Of a stretch of DNA of 64,000 bases, positions 49,025 through 61,907 are shown one piece after another. Numbering within the stretch: the first letter of the stretch is position 1; each line of letters starts with the position of its first letter. Under the pieces are notes generated by a model that saw nothing but the letters and a program-made list of their open reading frames with translations, was not told the origin of the DNA and made no database searches. The position numbers were made by a program, and so were the translations under genes. The DNA lies in assembly GCA_023920165.1 (NCBI GenBank), contig CP089281.1, positions 248,001 through 312,000 of the forward strand, in the 5' to 3' direction. This DNA comes from Curvularia clavata (lineage: Eukaryota).

Positions 49025-50678
49025 TCTGGGAAGTAAGATAGTGACGAGGTAGGTCTGCAGAAGAATGTAACTGTAGAGAGTGTTCTGACACCACAAAGAG
49101 GATACATTACGCTCTATTTGTATCTCACTATCAGATACAATCAGACTAAAGGCCATTCGAAGGCAGTGCCGTTGTAACACAAAAAGGCAACGTTCTGTTG
49201 CACGGACGGACAACCAGCCACAAACGTGCGCCTGCCACAGCCTTGCATTCATGAAACGAGAAGTTCGTCGTAATCCCATGCACGCTGTAGGTCCTAGCTT
49301 CCGCGGCAGGAGATAGGATATGTTGAGGCCTCGCCGACGGCGACCATTTACAGCCTTGTCATAGTTAGGTGGGCGAATCATGCACGAAGTAAGAATCAAT
49401 GCAACAAGACCACGCCTTTTCTCGGATATACTGACCAGGATCACTATCTACGCGGTCCTGTTAGTATGCAACTGAACAAGTCCATGTTCAGTATGATAAT
49501 TGGTCATTTCAAGAGTTTGTGGTTGGGGGCCAATTTATCTGCGTGGGGTTGTTGGATTGCTAGTAGTGCGCACGCGCGTCTTCTGAAACGCCTGTGCTCC
49601 AATTTCGGCGACGAACCTTCTTTGGTACATACCACCTACGAGCATCATTCGAATACTCCTTTCAGCCTTGGATGCGCGAAAGACCATCTTGCTCCGCGCC
49701 TGAGGTTGGTCTGCCTTCACGTAACTCAACTTGTGCTATCCTAACCTTTCCTACTTTAGCCGTTCTAGTTTCTTTGACTGGCTATATTGGATGCAGATAT
49801 CAGTAGCCGCGGACACTATCGGGACGGCCCACTGGCGCCTCCAGAATCCGGGGGAGGCTGACCAAGAGTGGTTAATGCTGGGTGGGGTGAACGGAGCGGA
49901 AACTCCACACACACACGTGGCGCGGAGGATCGCGTTTGAAACAAGATCATGTCAAACCAAGCGCGTCACTGCTCGGAAAGACGGCGAATATAGGCGTCTA
50001 TTTACCACGTGGGATATGTTATGAGGTTGTGGTTATAGGTTGGTCTCATGTGGGTAACAGCATAACATGATGGGAAAGTGAACAGACAACGCACAATCCA
50101 GCCAGTGCTGCAAAGTTTTCCTAGAGCGAAGGACATCAATTACAAATTTTCAGACAGCGAGACAATATGTGTTCGAGTTGACTTGTCGCTGAATCTCGGC
50201 TGCGTAAGAATTTGACGCGTTGCTTCCTAAGGTGTTAGGAGCCCCTGCAGAACACTTTGTCGAAGACCTGCGGCTCTGCGGCACAGCTCATGCAGCCCCC
50301 AAATAACTGCAATATTTGGATCCCTGCACTGAGGCATACACGAACTCGGTCGTTTCATAAACGATCCTGCGTGTCAATTATGCTACTGTGGCGTTCTACT
50401 GCAATAGGTGCACAGCCTTCATCCTTTACACATGGTTCGATCTCACCAGCCATCAGACCGCAATACCAAGTGTTCGTGGGGGGACGGTGATATTGATCGC
50501 TAATTCTGGTGTTTCACGAGAAAATACCTCTAGATAAGTCCTGTAGTATAAGTATTGTCTACTCTAATGGATTGTTGACAGCAGAACACTTATATTCTTT
50601 TGGTTCTTTTGATCCTATACTCGAAATCTACTCCAATCTCTCAGCCAAAAAATCTTCTTTATACTTCCTATCGACATC

Positions 50679-52687
50679 ATGGCTTCTATGTCTTTTGAAA
50701 GCGCCCGGAAGCCCCGTGGCACGAGAAAGTCCGATGTTTTCGTTGATGGCGACGCCGAGGTTACGAGCAAGCATAGGAAGGCCCAACCATCCTTCAAAGA
50801 AGACCTTTCTTTATTGAGAGATTCCATAACTATCTCTACAACCAGAAGTAGCAGTGGGAGTTCTGTACGACCACAGTGGGCTTCTCTTGCATTTGATTCA
50901 CTCTCCGACAAGAGAGGGCCAGACTTGACAACCTTACTGGACCCAAGAAATCTCTCATGGTCTTCTTCGACAGCGAAAACTTACAATAGGTTTTCACCGG
51001 CTTCTTCTGTGGGTGTCTGGGATCTTCCAGAGACACCTCCTCGCTTATCCGACACGCCTTCTCCGGGCCAGACATGGACACCTTTAACACCTCCAACGCC
51101 CCCGAGTCCGTCATTGGAACGCCGAAAAGGCTCCAAATTAGTAGCCAAAAAGCTAAAAGAGAGTTACTTCGATGATGCAGTGGGGTCCAATGACGTGAAT
51201 AGCGATTGGCAAGAAAAAGATGGCTTCCGCCCGAGGAAACTTTTTCGCAACTATACTGCGGAACTTGAAAAAAGTGGGTCACATCTACCTTTTGGCTATC
51301 GAAGAAATCTTCTAACTCATGAGTTGCAGTCTCGAAAGCTAATGCTGCTGCTGGCCAAATCAAGTTCAACGTGGAACCGTCCTTCGATTTCTCCCTTGAT
51401 GAAGCACAGCCGATCAGTTCTCGTACCCGCTCCAAGACCAGCAAAGCAGTTCAACTTCCCGCATCCCATGATCCAATACAATCAAATGACATTCCAAGCG
51501 TTGTAGTAGCACCATTAGTCTCTGGTTCTGAACTTCCCTCTTTACTGGAGTTGATACTACCACTCGACCTCTACAAGAGACTAGATGGGACTTCCAGTAC
51601 ATGCATCGGATCTATGGAATCAAGGTCGTATGCACGATGCAGCAACAGCCCGAGAGGGTCTTTGGGAACTGCTCTCGCTATTGCTGGAGAACTTGCAAGA
51701 TCCAGAGCTGAAAAAGACTATGAGACCATGGTTTGTGAAATCGAAGAGCTCGTGCACGAGGCGATGTGTGGCACTCATAGAAATGTTGTACTCAAGGAAA
51801 CCAAAAAAGGGGTAAGAATTGAAGAATTACGAAATCACCTCTACCATTTCAAGACCAAGTCGAAGATAGACAGGCAGGCGCTCCAACAATGGCTTGATAC
51901 CATATCAAATCCCAAGGCTTCAGCAGACCACATCCCATGGGTACGCCGTGCATTTGAACCTACTGTCGTCGCCAATCTGCACTCTGTGCCGTGCAAAGCA
52001 TTAGGAACCCCATCTAAATCAATCAGAACGACACCCGAACCACTCAGACCCGCACCCAACGCCTCAAAGTCCAATGGGCAAATCTCATCTTTCGCTGATT
52101 TCACTCCCTTCCAACTCAAAAAAACAAAAGGCATTCCTGTCTCGGACGCCCTCATCATGGAAATCAAGAAACCATTAGGTGCAAGCGAAACCAAGTCCGG
52201 TTTCATCTACATGTTCTGGGACAAGCGGTACTTTGGCAAAGTCAAGATCGGGCGCACCAACGATATCAAAAGACGGCTTAAGGAATGGAACAAAAAATGT
52301 GGCAAAACACATAGCTACCTTTCCCAAGACGATCGGAGCTGTGTTGAGATGCCACATGTAGGGCGTGTCGAGAGACTGATACATACCGAGCTGAAGGAGT
52401 GCCGGGAAAAGAGGAAATGCGAGGGGTGTGAAACGTTGCACCAGGAGTGGTTTGGCGAAAATGAGGTGCATGCTGTCAAGGTAGTAAGGAAATGGCAGGA
52501 GTGGATGATGCAGCGGCCGTATGTGATGAACGCGACAGGTCAGTGGGAGCTCAGACCGGAAATGTTGGAATCGCTTGGGCAAGTGTGCGAGCCGTTGGCT
52601 AGGGACGAGGTCGTGGTCAAGCAGCCGAGGAAGAGTGAGGGAGCGAAACGTTCTTCGAGGAAGAAGGGCGGGCGAAAGACTATGTAG
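50679..52687 (+). CDS. T5orf172/MUG113-like GIY-YIG-family domain protein B (2 exons)
   Basis: SGFIYMF...VKIGRT.D..RRL.EW..KCG...RVERLIH.EL...C.GC...HQEWF. Intron 51274-51329 (GTGGGT..CTAAC..CAG) joins ORFs 50679 and 51371. Confidence 0.88.
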
Positions 52688-52805
52688 TGCCATGTAACGA
52701 GGAATATGGGGATTTCTGGATTTAATTCGTTCTTGGTTTTGTTTCATTCTTAGTTTGAGCTCAAGTTCTTTTTGTTACAACTTCTTATCGCTTTCCACCC
52801 CTTCG

Positions 52806-53957
52806 TCAAACGATCTGATTTAGCAACTCTTTTCCCTGAACCAGCCTTTCCAAGTTCTCAGCCGTCTCTTCGTACCACGTTGTAAGTGTACCTTCCTCCA
52901 CATACCCCATATGTGGCGTCAACAACACCCTGCTTTTCTCCTTTTCATCCCAATTCACATTGCGCCACGGGCTATCGGCAGGAAGAGGCTCGATATCGAA
53001 CACATCAAGCGCCGCGCCGCGGATCTTGCCATTTTTGAGTGTATCCAGCAGTGCTGCCTCATCAACGAGGGGGCCGCGAGACGTGTTGATTAGCAGGGCG
53101 GAGGGTTTCATCCACGCTAGTTCCTGTGCGCCAACTATACCTTTTGAGCGATCGCTGAGTACGTAATGCAGTGATATCACGTCAGCGGACTTGAAGAGTT
53201 CTTCTTTGCCAACAACCTGGAACGTCTTCTCCTTCTCATCCAGCATACCCGCGCCAGTAACAGGTAGACCGCACTCCTCTGCCAACTTGTCCGCTTTGTC
53301 TTGCGTCAAATTAGCGCTCCAACACAAAATCTTCATGCCAAATGCCAAAACTCCCACCCTAGCAACATGGGCTCCGATTCTACCGAGTCCAACAAGTCCT
53401 AGCGTCTTTCCCTGTAAGCCCATCGCAAGCTCAGTCTGCCAACCTGCCGGCCCGCCTTTACCCTTTACAACCGCGTCGTCGGCAGCAATATTACGCGCAA
53501 GCCCGAGTATAAGTGCCCAAACATGCTGAGTCGTAGGATGTCCCCCGCCCTGCTTGACTGGCAATGATCGCAAAGACTGGCCGCTACCCTTGCCGTCCGT
53601 CCTCCCCTTACCAGGCGCCGCGTAAACCTTGATACCCAGCTCTTTCATCGTTTCTAGATCCCAGGATTCAAATTTTCCGCCTGTTGCGAAAACGGTCTTG
53701 AGATTTGGCAGTTGGCGTAGTAGTTCGCCTGGAAAGGCAGTGCGTTCGCGCATGGTCGACAGGACGGAAAATGGTTTCAGTCGATCAACGAGAGCCTTGC
53801 GGTCAGCATCTGAAGTTTTGGGGTGCGAGTACGAAGGAAGTGTGTCTTTGAAGACAGTAACTTCAACTTTTGACGAATCGATGTGAGAGAAGTGCTGTGC
53901 TGCTATACCATGGTAGTCGTCGAGCACCGCAAGTTTGATTGGCGAAGTTGTAGTCAT
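52806..53957 (-). CDS. D-isomer-specific 2-hydroxyacid dehydrogenase
   Basis: LAVLDDY, MRERT, GLVGLGRIG, INTSRGPLVDE, ALDVFDIEP and TPHMGY. Intronless. Confidence 0.92.
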   Translation of the reverse strand: MTTTSPIKLAVLDDYHGIAAQHFSHIDSSKVEVTVFKDTLPSYSHPKTSDADRKALVDRLKPFSVLSTMRERTAFPGELLRQLPNLKTVFATGGKFESWDLETMKELGIKVYAAPGKGRTDGKGSGQSLRSLPVKQGGGHPTTQHVWALILGLARNIAADDAVVKGKGGPAGWQTELAMGLQGKTLGLVGLGRIGAHVARVGVLAFGMKILCWSANLTQDKADKLAEECGLPVTGAGMLDEKEKTFQVVGKEELFKSADVISLHYVLSDRSKGIVGAQELAWMKPSALLINTSRGPLVDEAALLDTLKNGKIRGAALDVFDIEPLPADSPWRNVNWDEKEKSRVLLTPHMGYVEEGTLTTWYEETAENLERLVQGKELLNQIV

Positions 53958-54525
53958 GATGATAAATTGGAGATTCGAGATAGACTTTTGGGAAGAGATG
54001 GAAACACAATGAGTGGGCAAGTTTTGATACGATGTATGGCGGAAACGTATCCGAGCCGGTTGAGAATAGCTAATTCGGCAATTGCATCGGATCCGATTGA
54101 GGGGCATCTACTTTTCCTTGAGGCTTGTGGCGAGTGAGTGAGCCCGGCGACGTAGCGCAAGACTTTTATTAATAAAGTTAGTATTCAGGCTTATCCTTTC
54201 GAGATGACTGCAGTTAACACTCGTGCTTGGTGGTGAACCGGCATCAGGTCGAAGGTTGGTTATCGCGTCATGTTTAGGATGCCTGGATTGGCTGACTAAA
54301 CCCCTCAACGTCTATGATGTGATACAGCTCAATGTTCGTATATCCAAATTACAAAACTTGCTCCGGTATTCTAGGCCTTGAGTTTCTTTTTTGTTCTTTG
54401 TAACATGTTCTTGTATTGCGAGGCGAGATTCGCCTATTTACAAATATATACATCGTCTATCAATCTAAAATTCTAGTCGGGTATCTCATGCAAGATGGCA
54501 CGCATAGCTAGAAGTAAAATGCTCT

Positions 54526-55796
54526 TCAGGACAGCAGAATGCGTGCATCTTCGTGATTGATCATCACCTCCTCATTCTCAAAAGAATACTTCCGCCGCAC
54601 AATTTCAAAGACGATAAGTCCAGCAGCTGTACTGGGCGTTTGTCTTATCGTGCTCATGAAAAAGTCGCGGTAGAGGTAGTTTCGCCAGCCACCAGCACGT
54701 TTGGCCAGCACCTTGCACTGTGCAAACGTCTCTTCGTAGGCATGGTAGTATCGGCGAACTATATGCGAAGGTTTGTTGTCCAGATGTGCTTGAAAGTCCA
54801 GAGCCTCAAGTCGACGATAGTGGACGTCCTGGATTTCCGTCAGGGGGTGTTGGATGAGTTGGGATGTTATGGATGCTGAAACACCCGCTAGAAGCAAGAA
54901 CATGGGTTCCAGCATGTAATGCGGTCGTATAACTGGACGGTTATCGGGGTCTTCTTGAAGATAGGGAATGGAGCTTTCCAGTAACGTGTCCCGCGTTCGG
55001 CTGCCGTAGTATCGCGAAACGAATTCCAGATATGCCTGGCTTTTCACAGTCTCAAAGGTGCCAAAAAAGACAGCTGAGCCGAAAGCATCCTTGAGAAAGC
55101 TTAAGGTCCAGCCAGCAAAAATGCCCTGCAATCCAATCGACCGCAGTTTGTATCCTGCGTAGTGCCACATGGTCTTGTGCTTGCCCTCGAGGATGTCGGC
55201 GGTGCGAAAGCGAGTCTGGAGTGCGTCGAATGGGGCAGCGACTATTGATTGAATGCCGCCGCCAATGAAACCGGCAGTAAAAGTCACAGATGGTGGTGGT
55301 GGAGGGTATACACGCTTGGTCTGGTACGAGGATGGCTCGTGGAGGGCCGAGAGGCTGTGGAGGTATGCGGTATACAGAACTGCACCGATACTACATGGTG
55401 TTAGACACTGTGTGGCTCAGATGCTGATTCTACATACCATGTGTTTGCCATCAGAGGTGGCAGGACCTGCTTGGGTATGAAGCCCCATCCCTCGGTACGT
55501 ATGGCGTGTGCGAGGACAGCAGGAGTAGTCATTCTCCACGACCACTTCGCGTCTGCCATGATGTGGGGGTTGATGGCCCTGGCATAGCCCATATAATCGA
55601 TCCTCCCCCTGAAAAAGGCCTTTACAGGTGCTCTGAAATAAAAGGCGACCATTCTTGCAGCCACGGCTCGCATACCCGCGGCCTGCACACCCGTCGCCGG
55701 TGCCTTGTTGGGTGACTGGGGTGTGTCGGGAGCGCCATCATTGGGGCCATCACTGCGGGAAGAGACTCCAGCGCGGACACTGGAGCCGGCTGTCAT
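54526..55796 (-). CDS. Mitochondrial carrier family-like protein (2 exons)
   Basis: Px[D/E]xx[K/R]-like signatures APFDALQTR and HPLTEIQ, with F.GW.LSFLKD. Intron at about 55437-55392. Confidence 0.78.
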
Positions 55797-56278
55797 TGCA
55801 TAACATGAGAGGTAAGAGAGGGTTACAGGCGCATAGGCGGGGGTGTCGGCAGGCTGGGTATATGAGGTGAAGGCGTTCCGCGTGCGAGGGTCACAAGCGG
55901 GCTAGTGGTGCCTGGGAGATGCAAGCCGCAGGTGAAGTGATTGGCGAGATGGCCAGGGATAGGACTGAAACCAAAGAGCGAGCGATCAAATGCAAGGCGG
56001 GCGAGTATTTTGCATCTGCATGTCCGGGATGTGGGGCTGCAGTTTAGCTCTGGGCGGCATACAGCGCAGAGTGAAGGTAAAGGAGGCTAGACCCTTTCGG
56101 GAGTTGAGAGGTTGCGCACGGGCCCCCCAGGCAGCGCGTTGCAGGCGGCCCTCGCGTCGTCGTCGTTGCCATCAGGTTTCGCGACTTTTCCTAGCGACGT
56201 CTCTCTCACTCTCCTCCACCACTCTCCGTCTCGTCCCCGCCATCACCTCTGGAGGTTTCATTCTGCGCACCTTCAACC

Positions 56279-59200
56279 ATGGCGGACGACATTGTCATCG
56301 ACAAGGCGCTCTTTCACGAGCGCCTCAACAACCTCGTAGCCAAGTGGAAGGCCGACAAGCGCTCAGGCGACCAGATCTTCCAAGGCGCTGGCTCAATCGC
56401 CACGCTGGTCGGCAAGGCGAGCGAGCCTGGCATCTACCAGAAGCCTGCAGCCTTTCAGGTAAGCTGGCGCATACTGATACTTCGCAAACGGCAAGCTGAC
56501 AAGCCCAATAGCTATGGTTGCTAGGCTACGAATTCCCTGCGACGCTGTTTGTCATCACCCCCGAACTTGTCCAGATCGTCACAACCAAGAAGAAGGGTAA
56601 GTCATTTGTGGCTGCCTAAAATACAATCATTTGCTGATGCAGGCGATGCAGCTGCGTACCTCGAGCCGCTCAAAGGCGGAAAAATCCCTCTTGAGATTCT
56701 GGTACGAGGCAAGGATGCCGAGGAGAACAAGAAGCAGTTCCAGACATGCATAGAAACCATCAAGAAGGCCGGCAAGAAGGTTGCTGTGCTGAAGAAGGAC
56801 AATGCCAACAACGCCTTTGCAAGCGAGTGGAAAGCCGCCTTTGACGAGGCCGGTTTCAAGGAAGAGGACCAGGTCGATCTGGCCCCTATCTTGTCCAACG
56901 CAGCCTTGTCTGTCAAGGACGAAAAAGAGCTGAGAACCATCCGCGATGCTGCGCGAGCCTCGAGCGCCCTCATGACCAATTACTTTGTCGAAGAAATGTC
57001 CGACATCCTCGATTCTGAGAAGAAGATCTCCCACCGTGCCCTCGCCGACAAGGTCGCAAACAAGATCGACGATGCCAAGTTCTTTGAGAAGCAGAAGGTT
57101 TCCAAGACATTTGACTCTTTGCAGCTGGATTGGTGCCTGCAACCCACTATTCAGAGCGGTGGCTCGTACGACCTGAAGTTTGCAGCAGAACCCGACGAGA
57201 ACAACCTGCATGCTGGTGTCATCATATCCGTCCTTGGTCTGCGCTATCAGACATACGGTGCCATGGTTGGCCGTACATACATGGTTGGACCCAACAAGGA
57301 ACAGGAGAATGCATACAAGCTGCTGCTGGCCATCCATGACTTGGTTATCAAGTCTCTGCGCGACGGTGTTGTGGCCAAGGATGTGTACAACAAGGCACTA
57401 GCAATGCTCAAGTCGAAGAAGCCAGAATGGGAGAAGCACTTCCCCAAGAATCTCGGATATGGTATTGGTGTCGAGAACAAGGACTCTTCGCTTCTTCTGA
57501 GTGGCAAGAATACGCGCGTGCTCAAGGATGGCATGACTCTTGTTGTCCAGACCGGTTTTTCTGACCTCGAGAACAGCAAGCCACAAGACAAGAAGAGCAA
57601 GAACTACTCGCTTGTACTGGTTGACACGGTCCGTGTCGGACAGGGCGAATGCGCAGTTTTCACCAAGGACACCACCTCAGACCTGGATGCCGTCTCATTC
57701 TTCTTCGACGAGGAAGAGGAGGAAGCTAAGCCCAAGGCGAAGAAGGAGCGCCCCGCCATTGCTCAGAACAACATTACAAAGACTCGAACGCGCCACGAGC
57801 GAACAACGAACCAAGACGCCGAAAAGGAGGAGCAGCGGCGACAACATCAAAAGGAGCTGCATGCTAAGAAGCAGGCTGAGGGTCTCGAGCAGTACAGTGA
57901 GGGCGCGAAGTCGCTAAATGGCACTGAAGAAAAGAAGTTCAAGAAGTTCGAGTCGTACAAGCGCGACAACCAATTCCCCAGCTCAGTTGCCAATCTGGAG
58001 ATTGTCGTTGACAAGAAGAACCTCACAGTCCTCCTGCCCATTATGGGTCGACCTGTACCGTTCCACATCCACACCATCAAGAACGCATCGCATACTCCCG
58101 AAGCAGACTTCACTTCTCTTCGTATCAACTTCCTCTCACCTGGTCAGGGTGTAGGACGCAAAGATGAGCAACCTTTCGAGGACCCCAACGCGCACTTCAT
58201 TCGTAGTCTGACGTTCAAGTCGCATGATGTGGACCGTATCGACCAGATCACCAAAGACATTACAGAGCTGAAGAAGGAAGTGGTACGACGCGAGACCGAG
58301 AAGAAGCAGATGGAGGATGTCGTTGAGCAAGACAAGCTCATTCCCCTCAAGTCTCGCAAACCTCACATGCTCGATCTCATCTTCATCCGCCCAGCACTCG
58401 ACGGCAAGCGCATCCCCGGTAGCGTTGAGATTCACCAGAACGGTCTGCGCTACGTCCACGGAAACGGCACAGCTAAGATCGATGTCCTTTTCAGCAACAT
58501 GAAGCATCTGTTCTTCCAGCCCTCGCAACATGAACTCATCGTTATCATCCACGTCCACCTCAAGAATCCCATCATGCTTGGCAAGAAGAAGACCAAGGAT
58601 GTGCAATTTGTCCGAGAAGCCACCGAAATGCAATTCGACGAGACTGGCAACCGCAAGCGCCGTCACAAGTTTGGCGACGAAGAGGAGTTTGAGCAAGAAC
58701 AGGAGGAGCGTAGGCGACGTGCGGCTCTCGACAAAGAGTTCAAGAATTTTGCTGAGAAGATTGCCGACGCCGCACGCAACGAGAACGTCAGCGTTGACAT
58801 TCCATACCGCGAGCTCGGTTTCAACGGTGTACCTTCACGATCTTCGGTTCTTGTCCAGCCTACAACCGACTGCTTGGTCCAGCTTACCGAGCCTCCTTTC
58901 ACATGTCTTACGCTTTCTGAGATTGAAATTGTCCACCTTGAACGTGTGCAGTTTGGTCTCAAGAACTTTGACATGGTTGTGGTATTCAAGGACTACAACC
59001 GCCCCCCTGTTCACATCAACACCATTCCCGTCGAATCGCTTGACCCGGTTAAGGACTGGCTGGACTCGGTCGACATTCCGTTTACCGAGGGTCCTCTGAA
59101 CCTCAACTGGGCCACCATTATGAAGACGGTGACATCGGATCCTCATTCATTCTTCGCCGACGGTGGATGGTCCTTCTTGGCGGCCGAGTCGGATGACGAG

Positions 59201-59452
59201 GGTGATGGTGATGAAGAAGAGGAGTCGGCGTTTGAAGTTTCAGAGTCTGAACTCGCCATCTCGGATGAGTCGTCGGACGAGAGCGACTTTGACGAGAATG
59301 CGTCGGACGAGATGAGCGACGAGGGCTCTGAAGAAGAGTTTTCCGAGGGCGAGAGCTGGGACGAGCTGGACAAGAAGGCGGCGAAGAAGGATAAGGAGGC
59401 TGCTCTTGACGATGATGAGGATGAAGGCAAGGGCAAGAAGAGGAAGAGGTAG
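56279..59452 (+). CDS. SPT16: FACT complex subunit Spt16 (3 exons)
   Basis: WLLGYEFP, IQSGG.YDLK, GRPVPFHI.TIKN, EIHQNGLRY, HLERVQFGLKNFD, GPLNLNW and an acidic tail. Confidence 0.98.
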
Positions 59453-60033
59453 ACGGGGTTTCATCTATCCCTTTTTACCCTTCTCTCTTACTTCCTTGGT
59501 CTTGTCTTGTTCTTTTCCTTCTCAGATATTTTCCATGTAACAGTAGGCTCAGGTGATGGCGACCGAATCACGGGTTTCTTGAAGCGGGGCTCGTTGCCCA
59601 AGGGACAGAGACATGTCAGAATGTGATACCGTCTCCTTTATATCTTTTGCCCTTGCCAAAACATTCAACTATAGTTAATGCATGTTCTTGTTCACAGCGA
59701 AATTACAACGATGCCATGCTGTTGCGTGTGCCCAAGTACTTGATGCATGCTTCCAGCCCGCTTTCCACGAATACAAGTTGAATGATGCTGTAAAAAAAAG
59801 CAAATCATTAAGGTACATTATGAACATTCCTGTTGATGTTGATATCCAACAAGGAGTGGACTTGATTGTGCTGCATCAAGTCATGCTGCATCTCTAGTAC
59901 CCTGGGACCTACCTGACGACGAGCGATACCCTCTTTTCCTGTTAAAACGCCCCTCCCTTCTTTGCTCCCTCTTCCTTCATCTATTGTTCCTTTAGTACAA
60001 TAAGGACAGACCATTACCGCCACCAAACAAAAC

Positions 60034-60060
<27 letters not shown>
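60034..60060. repeat. (TA)n microsatellite, about 13 units
   Basis: Pure TA run between the convergent SPT16 and GT31 genes. Confidence 0.95.
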
Positions 60061-60064
<4 letters not shown>

Positions 60065-60279
60065 TTACAAGGACAGACTCCGCCCCCAAAAGAGGGAGGT
60101 TAAGCACAAGAACAAAACAATATGAGAAAACGCCTCTGGGTATCTAACGCCATATGATGCCGTGAACTCGTGTAATATGTGTCATTATAAACAACAACAA
60201 AACCATATCATTATCGTCGTTTTTTTTTTTTGATCTCGTTGCCTCCCAAAAAAAAGAACAAGTTGAAAAAAGATTATTG

Positions 60280-61620
60280 TCAAGGATTGGAATGAACGAA
60301 ACGTGCACCCTGACAGGGCGAGCGGGCCTGTTTAAAAGCCTTTATTCTGTCCAACATCCATCCTGAGGTCCACTGGCGGTCGCCTTCACGAGGGTGATGG
60401 TAGCCGAGCCGAATCGAGTATCCGAGGCGGCACTCTGAGCCCGTGTGTTGGAACTGCATGCAGCTGCTGTCCTTTGTGCACGCTTTCTGACAGCTGTCAA
60501 AAGATTTGGAAGCTGATTTACTTTTTTTGTAGGTCACGTCCTCGGATAAATTGGACCAATCTTCTGCCTTCTGGCGGAGGTGGGGCTCGATAAATGTGAA
60601 GAGCTCTTCAAACATCAGTGGTTGTTCTGGGTGGGATCGTGCCTTTTCCCACTGGGAGAGAGAGGTAAAGTCTTCTTCATTGAGGTGGTGCATAGTCATG
60701 ATGGCTTCACACCATTGCTCGTTGTCAAAACGTATGGTTACGGGCTTTTCGCCGTTGAACATGGGCCAGTAGCCTCGGAGAGGCACCCCGCTCTTCTTGA
60801 GGACCTGTGCCAGAACCTCGTCGCCGCAGCACTGGCTTCGCACATCGACGCCGAAGAAATGGGTGCCCGGAAAATGCTTGTTTTCGCCAAACATTCGGCC
60901 CAGCGCCATGATCTTATCCAGAGCGGCCCGTGACAGCACAAAGCCACTGCCGCCGTGGGCAAAAATGGCCTTTTTCTTGGGCCACACAGGGGATCCAAAG
61001 TAGTAGGCGGTGTGTGAATTAAAGTTGGACAGGAAGCGGTACATATTATCGTAGTTGACGTACGTGTCGAGCTCGAGGAAGAGGTACCACTGTGAACGGG
61101 GCCGTAGGTACGAGGTCCACTCCATCATGGGTAGAAACTTGTATTTGTCCAGCCTCCAGCCATCGGGTGTCTTGTCCGTAGTCAGGTTGGCCGTCTGGAT
61201 AAGGTCGTAGACCTCGAAGTCGGGATTGTCGAACTTGTACTCGGGGCGTAGGTGGGCGAGGGCGTCGGAGATCTCGAAGCCGTTGTACGAGTCTCTGCGG
61301 TCGGAGAAGATGAGCAGATCCTGCTTGCAGCGGCCAAGGCGGTTCAGATAAGCGGGCAGCTTGGTGGGGACCTCACCGGCGCCAATCTTGAGGACAATAG
61401 TCACGTCGTCCATGACGCCGGCGGTGAAGGGGGCGCATTCTTCGCCGAAAGGCACCACCACCTTGGGGACGGGCGCGGGACCAGCGGGAGGGGGCCGATC
61501 GACGAGGATGTCGTAGCCGCGCTCGCCGCGCCAGAGCCGTGGCAGCAGGGAGGAGAAGAAGAAGGTGCAGAGAAGCAGCGCAGCGCACAGCTGGCGCAGC
61601 GGCGTCAATCGCACCATCAT
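60280..61620 (-). CDS. Glycosyltransferase family 31 (Fringe-like) type II membrane protein with Cys-rich PAN-like tail
   Basis: N-terminal transmembrane segment, GWRLDKYKFLPM, WYLFLELDTY, FAHGGSGFVLS, CCGD and C-terminal C..AC...C.Q...C. Confidence 0.88.
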   Translation of the reverse strand: MMVRLTPLRQLCAALLLCTFFFSSLLPRLWRGERGYDILVDRPPPAGPAPVPKVVVPFGEECAPFTAGVMDDVTIVLKIGAGEVPTKLPAYLNRLGRCKQDLLIFSDRRDSYNGFEISDALAHLRPEYKFDNPDFEVYDLIQTANLTTDKTPDGWRLDKYKFLPMMEWTSYLRPRSQWYLFLELDTYVNYDNMYRFLSNFNSHTAYYFGSPVWPKKKAIFAHGGSGFVLSRAALDKIMALGRMFGENKHFPGTHFFGVDVRSQCCGDEVLAQVLKKSGVPLRGYWPMFNGEKPVTIRFDNEQWCEAIMTMHHLNEEDFTSLSQWEKARSHPEQPLMFEELFTFIEPHLRQKAEDWSNLSEDVTYKKSKSASKSFDSCQKACTKDSSCMQFQHTGSECRLGYSIRLGYHHPREGDRQWTSGWMLDRIKAFKQARSPCQGARFVHSNP

Positions 61621-61907
61621 AGTGGCGGCAGTGGTGGAGGTGGAGGTGCTCGTTGCTACACACTACAAGGCCGGTATGTTTGGGCGAGGCCCGGCATGGC
61701 TGACGCGACCAAATTGGCGCCAGCGTATCATTCCTAATCGGGCTAGCGCGTCATCACATCCCACTTCTGCCTTTGCCCATCTCACAACTGGCCGCCTTTT
61801 GTGTTTTCTCCCATCTGACAAGATCTGATGACGTCATCAACACGTGCTGCCTCGCGGTACATGGCATACATCAAGAACCATGGGTACAGAACTACCTGCA
61901 TGTCTAC

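Noticed and set aside
49025..49444. N-terminal 140-aa extension of ORF 47552-49444
   Set aside because: It starts at a non-ATG codon and has random-looking composition, so it is more likely 5' UTR or promoter.
50425..50450. tRNA T-loop-like GGTTCGATC (similar words at about 8223 and 23895)
   Set aside because: No T-stem pairing or cloverleaf around these sites.
51270..51371. Apparent frameshift between ORFs 50679-51506 and 51371-52687
   Set aside because: Explained by a canonical 56-nt intron (51274-51329) that restores the frame.
40000..53000. Starship or other giant mobile element carrying the NLR and nuclease cargo
   Set aside because: No tyrosine-recombinase captain, transposase, terminal repeats or target duplications were seen, and the flanks are housekeeping genes.
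56602..59464. Many antisense and alternative-frame ORFs over SPT16 and other high-GC3 genes
   Set aside because: These are shadow ORFs caused by codon bias and show no domain motifs.
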